64,000 nt of DNA from a virus. Below the pieces are notes generated by a model, which saw nothing but the letters and a program-made list of their open reading frames with translations, ran no database searches and was not told the origin of the DNA. The stretch lies in the IMG/VR virus record IMGVR_UViG_3300045988_174665, one strand, 5' to 3'. Shown here piece after piece: positions 63,016 to 64,000 of the stretch. A program made the position numbers and the translations under genes. Position 1 is the first letter of the stretch, and the number at the start of each line of letters is the position of its first letter.

Positions 63016-64000
63016 TTATAACAAAGCAAATAGTTCATCGGTATCAAAAGCTGTGACAATCGGAACTTCTGGCTTTTCCTTTATAACGGGTTTTGTGGTA
63101 CCCGTAACCTCGTCAAACTCTTTTGCAATTTCATAAGGTACTGTTGTATCATTACTAAAAATGATATCCGCTTCATTTCTATTTGTAACAATACTACCTC
63201 TTGCAATAGCGTTCATCATTACAAGGTCATAAATATTTGCCTTATTAAGATGTGTTAAACCATAGCAGGTTGCAGTTACACCCTGTAAATTACTTTCAAG
63301 ATTATTGCCATAAAACCTCGGACTTCCATTCTGAAGGTTCATATCACACCAGATGAACTTACGCTCAACACAATCAAATATAACAGGTATAGCAACAGTA
63401 CTATCAGCAGTTAAGTCAATCTTCATTTCAACTGTTTTCGGCTCGAATATCTCACCGCTATTTACATCTTCTCTTTCCATCCATCCGAAACGGCAATTGG
63501 GAAGCGTAGAAAAATGCTGTCGTGTAAAACTATAAACCTGAAATGCAATGTATCTACCAGCGTTTTTAGCAACTGCATCAATGTCCACATCAATAAACTC
63601 TGCTACACCATCACCGTTAATATTTCCGCCATTGGTAATGTCACCCGAATGATATGCTCTATATTTTGCAGAGCGAAGTTGTGTATATGATACACGGTCA
63701 ACATACTGCCAATTTTCGTCATAAATGGTTGCAGAAAGGTCAATATCAACCCTGTCTTCACCCCAACCATTTCTCGCCTTATCGGTATTAGTCCACCAGA
63801 TAAAACCACGAACAGCTGTAGCGTCTTTCTTAATGGGCAACTTACTACCACGAACAATGGTCTTAACAGCCTTACTTGCACTTCTCTGACTAAACGGAAC
63901 AAGATAATTTTTGAAATCCTCATCAATATAAACTTTTCCGAGGAAATCTTTTTCCTTATACTGTTCAATTAAAGCATCACGGCAAATCGTTGCAATATTG
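63016..64000 (-). CDS. TerD-domain protein (partial; N-terminus lies beyond the window)
   Basis: The track ORF 63016..63840 begins at a TTG, but the frame stays open to 64000. DIDLSATIYDENWQYVDRVSY...YHSGDITNGGNINGDGVAEFIDVDIDAV...YIAFQVYSF matches the TerD fold pattern. ORF 63603..63968 is an out-of-frame artefact. Confidence 0.6.
   Translation of the reverse strand, partial: NIATICRDALIEQYKEKDFLGKVYIDEDFKNYLVPFSQRSASKAVKTIVRGSKLPIKKDATAVRGFIWWTNTDKARNGWGEDRVDIDLSATIYDENWQYVDRVSYTQLRSAKYRAYHSGDITNGGNINGDGVAEFIDVDIDAVAKNAGRYIAFQVYSFTRQHFSTLPNCRFGWMEREDVNSGEIFEPKTVEMKIDLTADSTVAIPVIFDCVERKFIWCDMNLQNGSPRFYGNNLESNLQGVTATCYGLTHLNKANIYDLVMMNAIARGSIVTNRNEADIIFSNDTTVPYEIAKEFDEVTGTTKPVIKEKPEVPIVTAFDTDELFALL

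Noticed and set aside
63603-63968. 121-aa ORF overlapping the TerD gene region.
   Set aside because: It is out of frame with the TerD reading frame, which stays open from 63016 to the window end. Its sequence is low-complexity.
1-64000. Possibility of an alternative genetic code or stop-codon reassignment, given the many phage tRNAs including odd ones.
   Set aside because: Very long ORFs (2883, 1642 and 610 aa) are uninterrupted under the standard code. No tRNA with a CUA, UUA or UCA anticodon was found.

Overview
AT-rich segment of a tailed dsDNA phage with no integrase, rRNA or CRISPR array. Its signals are Firmicutes/Fusobacteria-like: TTGACA-17-TATAAT promoters, AGGAGG RBSs and CCA-encoding tRNAs. 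(1) 10-28995, minus strand: late structural operon with Zn-ribbon/TerS-like proteins, large terminase, portal, scaffold, capsid, connectors, tail tube, a 2883-aa tape measure, Dit-like protein and a 1642-aa distal tail protein. (2) 30.2-30.9 kb: divergent control region with TGTACA boxes. (3) 30.9-41.3 kb, plus strand: about 13 mostly monocistronic early units, each bounded by terminator, a four-half-site TTTAGACG element and a consensus promoter with a conserved leader. (4) 40.0-42.3 kb: mostly non-coding, origin-like block with GTCAAATTT iterons, a wHTH gene, an AT-only stretch, seven CTATAAA boxes at exact 20-bp phasing and a 484-nt G-free tract. (5) 42.4-58.8 kb, minus strand: small early/middle genes, including Zn-ribbon proteins, a Lar-like protein, an HNH endonuclease, two metallophosphoesterases and an RNA-repair set (P-loop kinase-HD, kinase-like, RlaP-like nucleotidyltransferase, Rnl5-like RNA ligase). 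(6) 58.9-63.0 kb, minus strand: a tRNA/ncRNA island with 10 canonical tRNAs, 3 non-canonical tRNA-like genes and several long ORF-free structured spacers. (7) 63016-64000: partial TerD-domain gene. The most unusual content is in the island: a tandem array of five paralogous structured RNAs with compensatory base changes, one carrying a circularly permuted tRNA-like module. All folds, motif counts and homology calls were made by eye, with no search or folding software.
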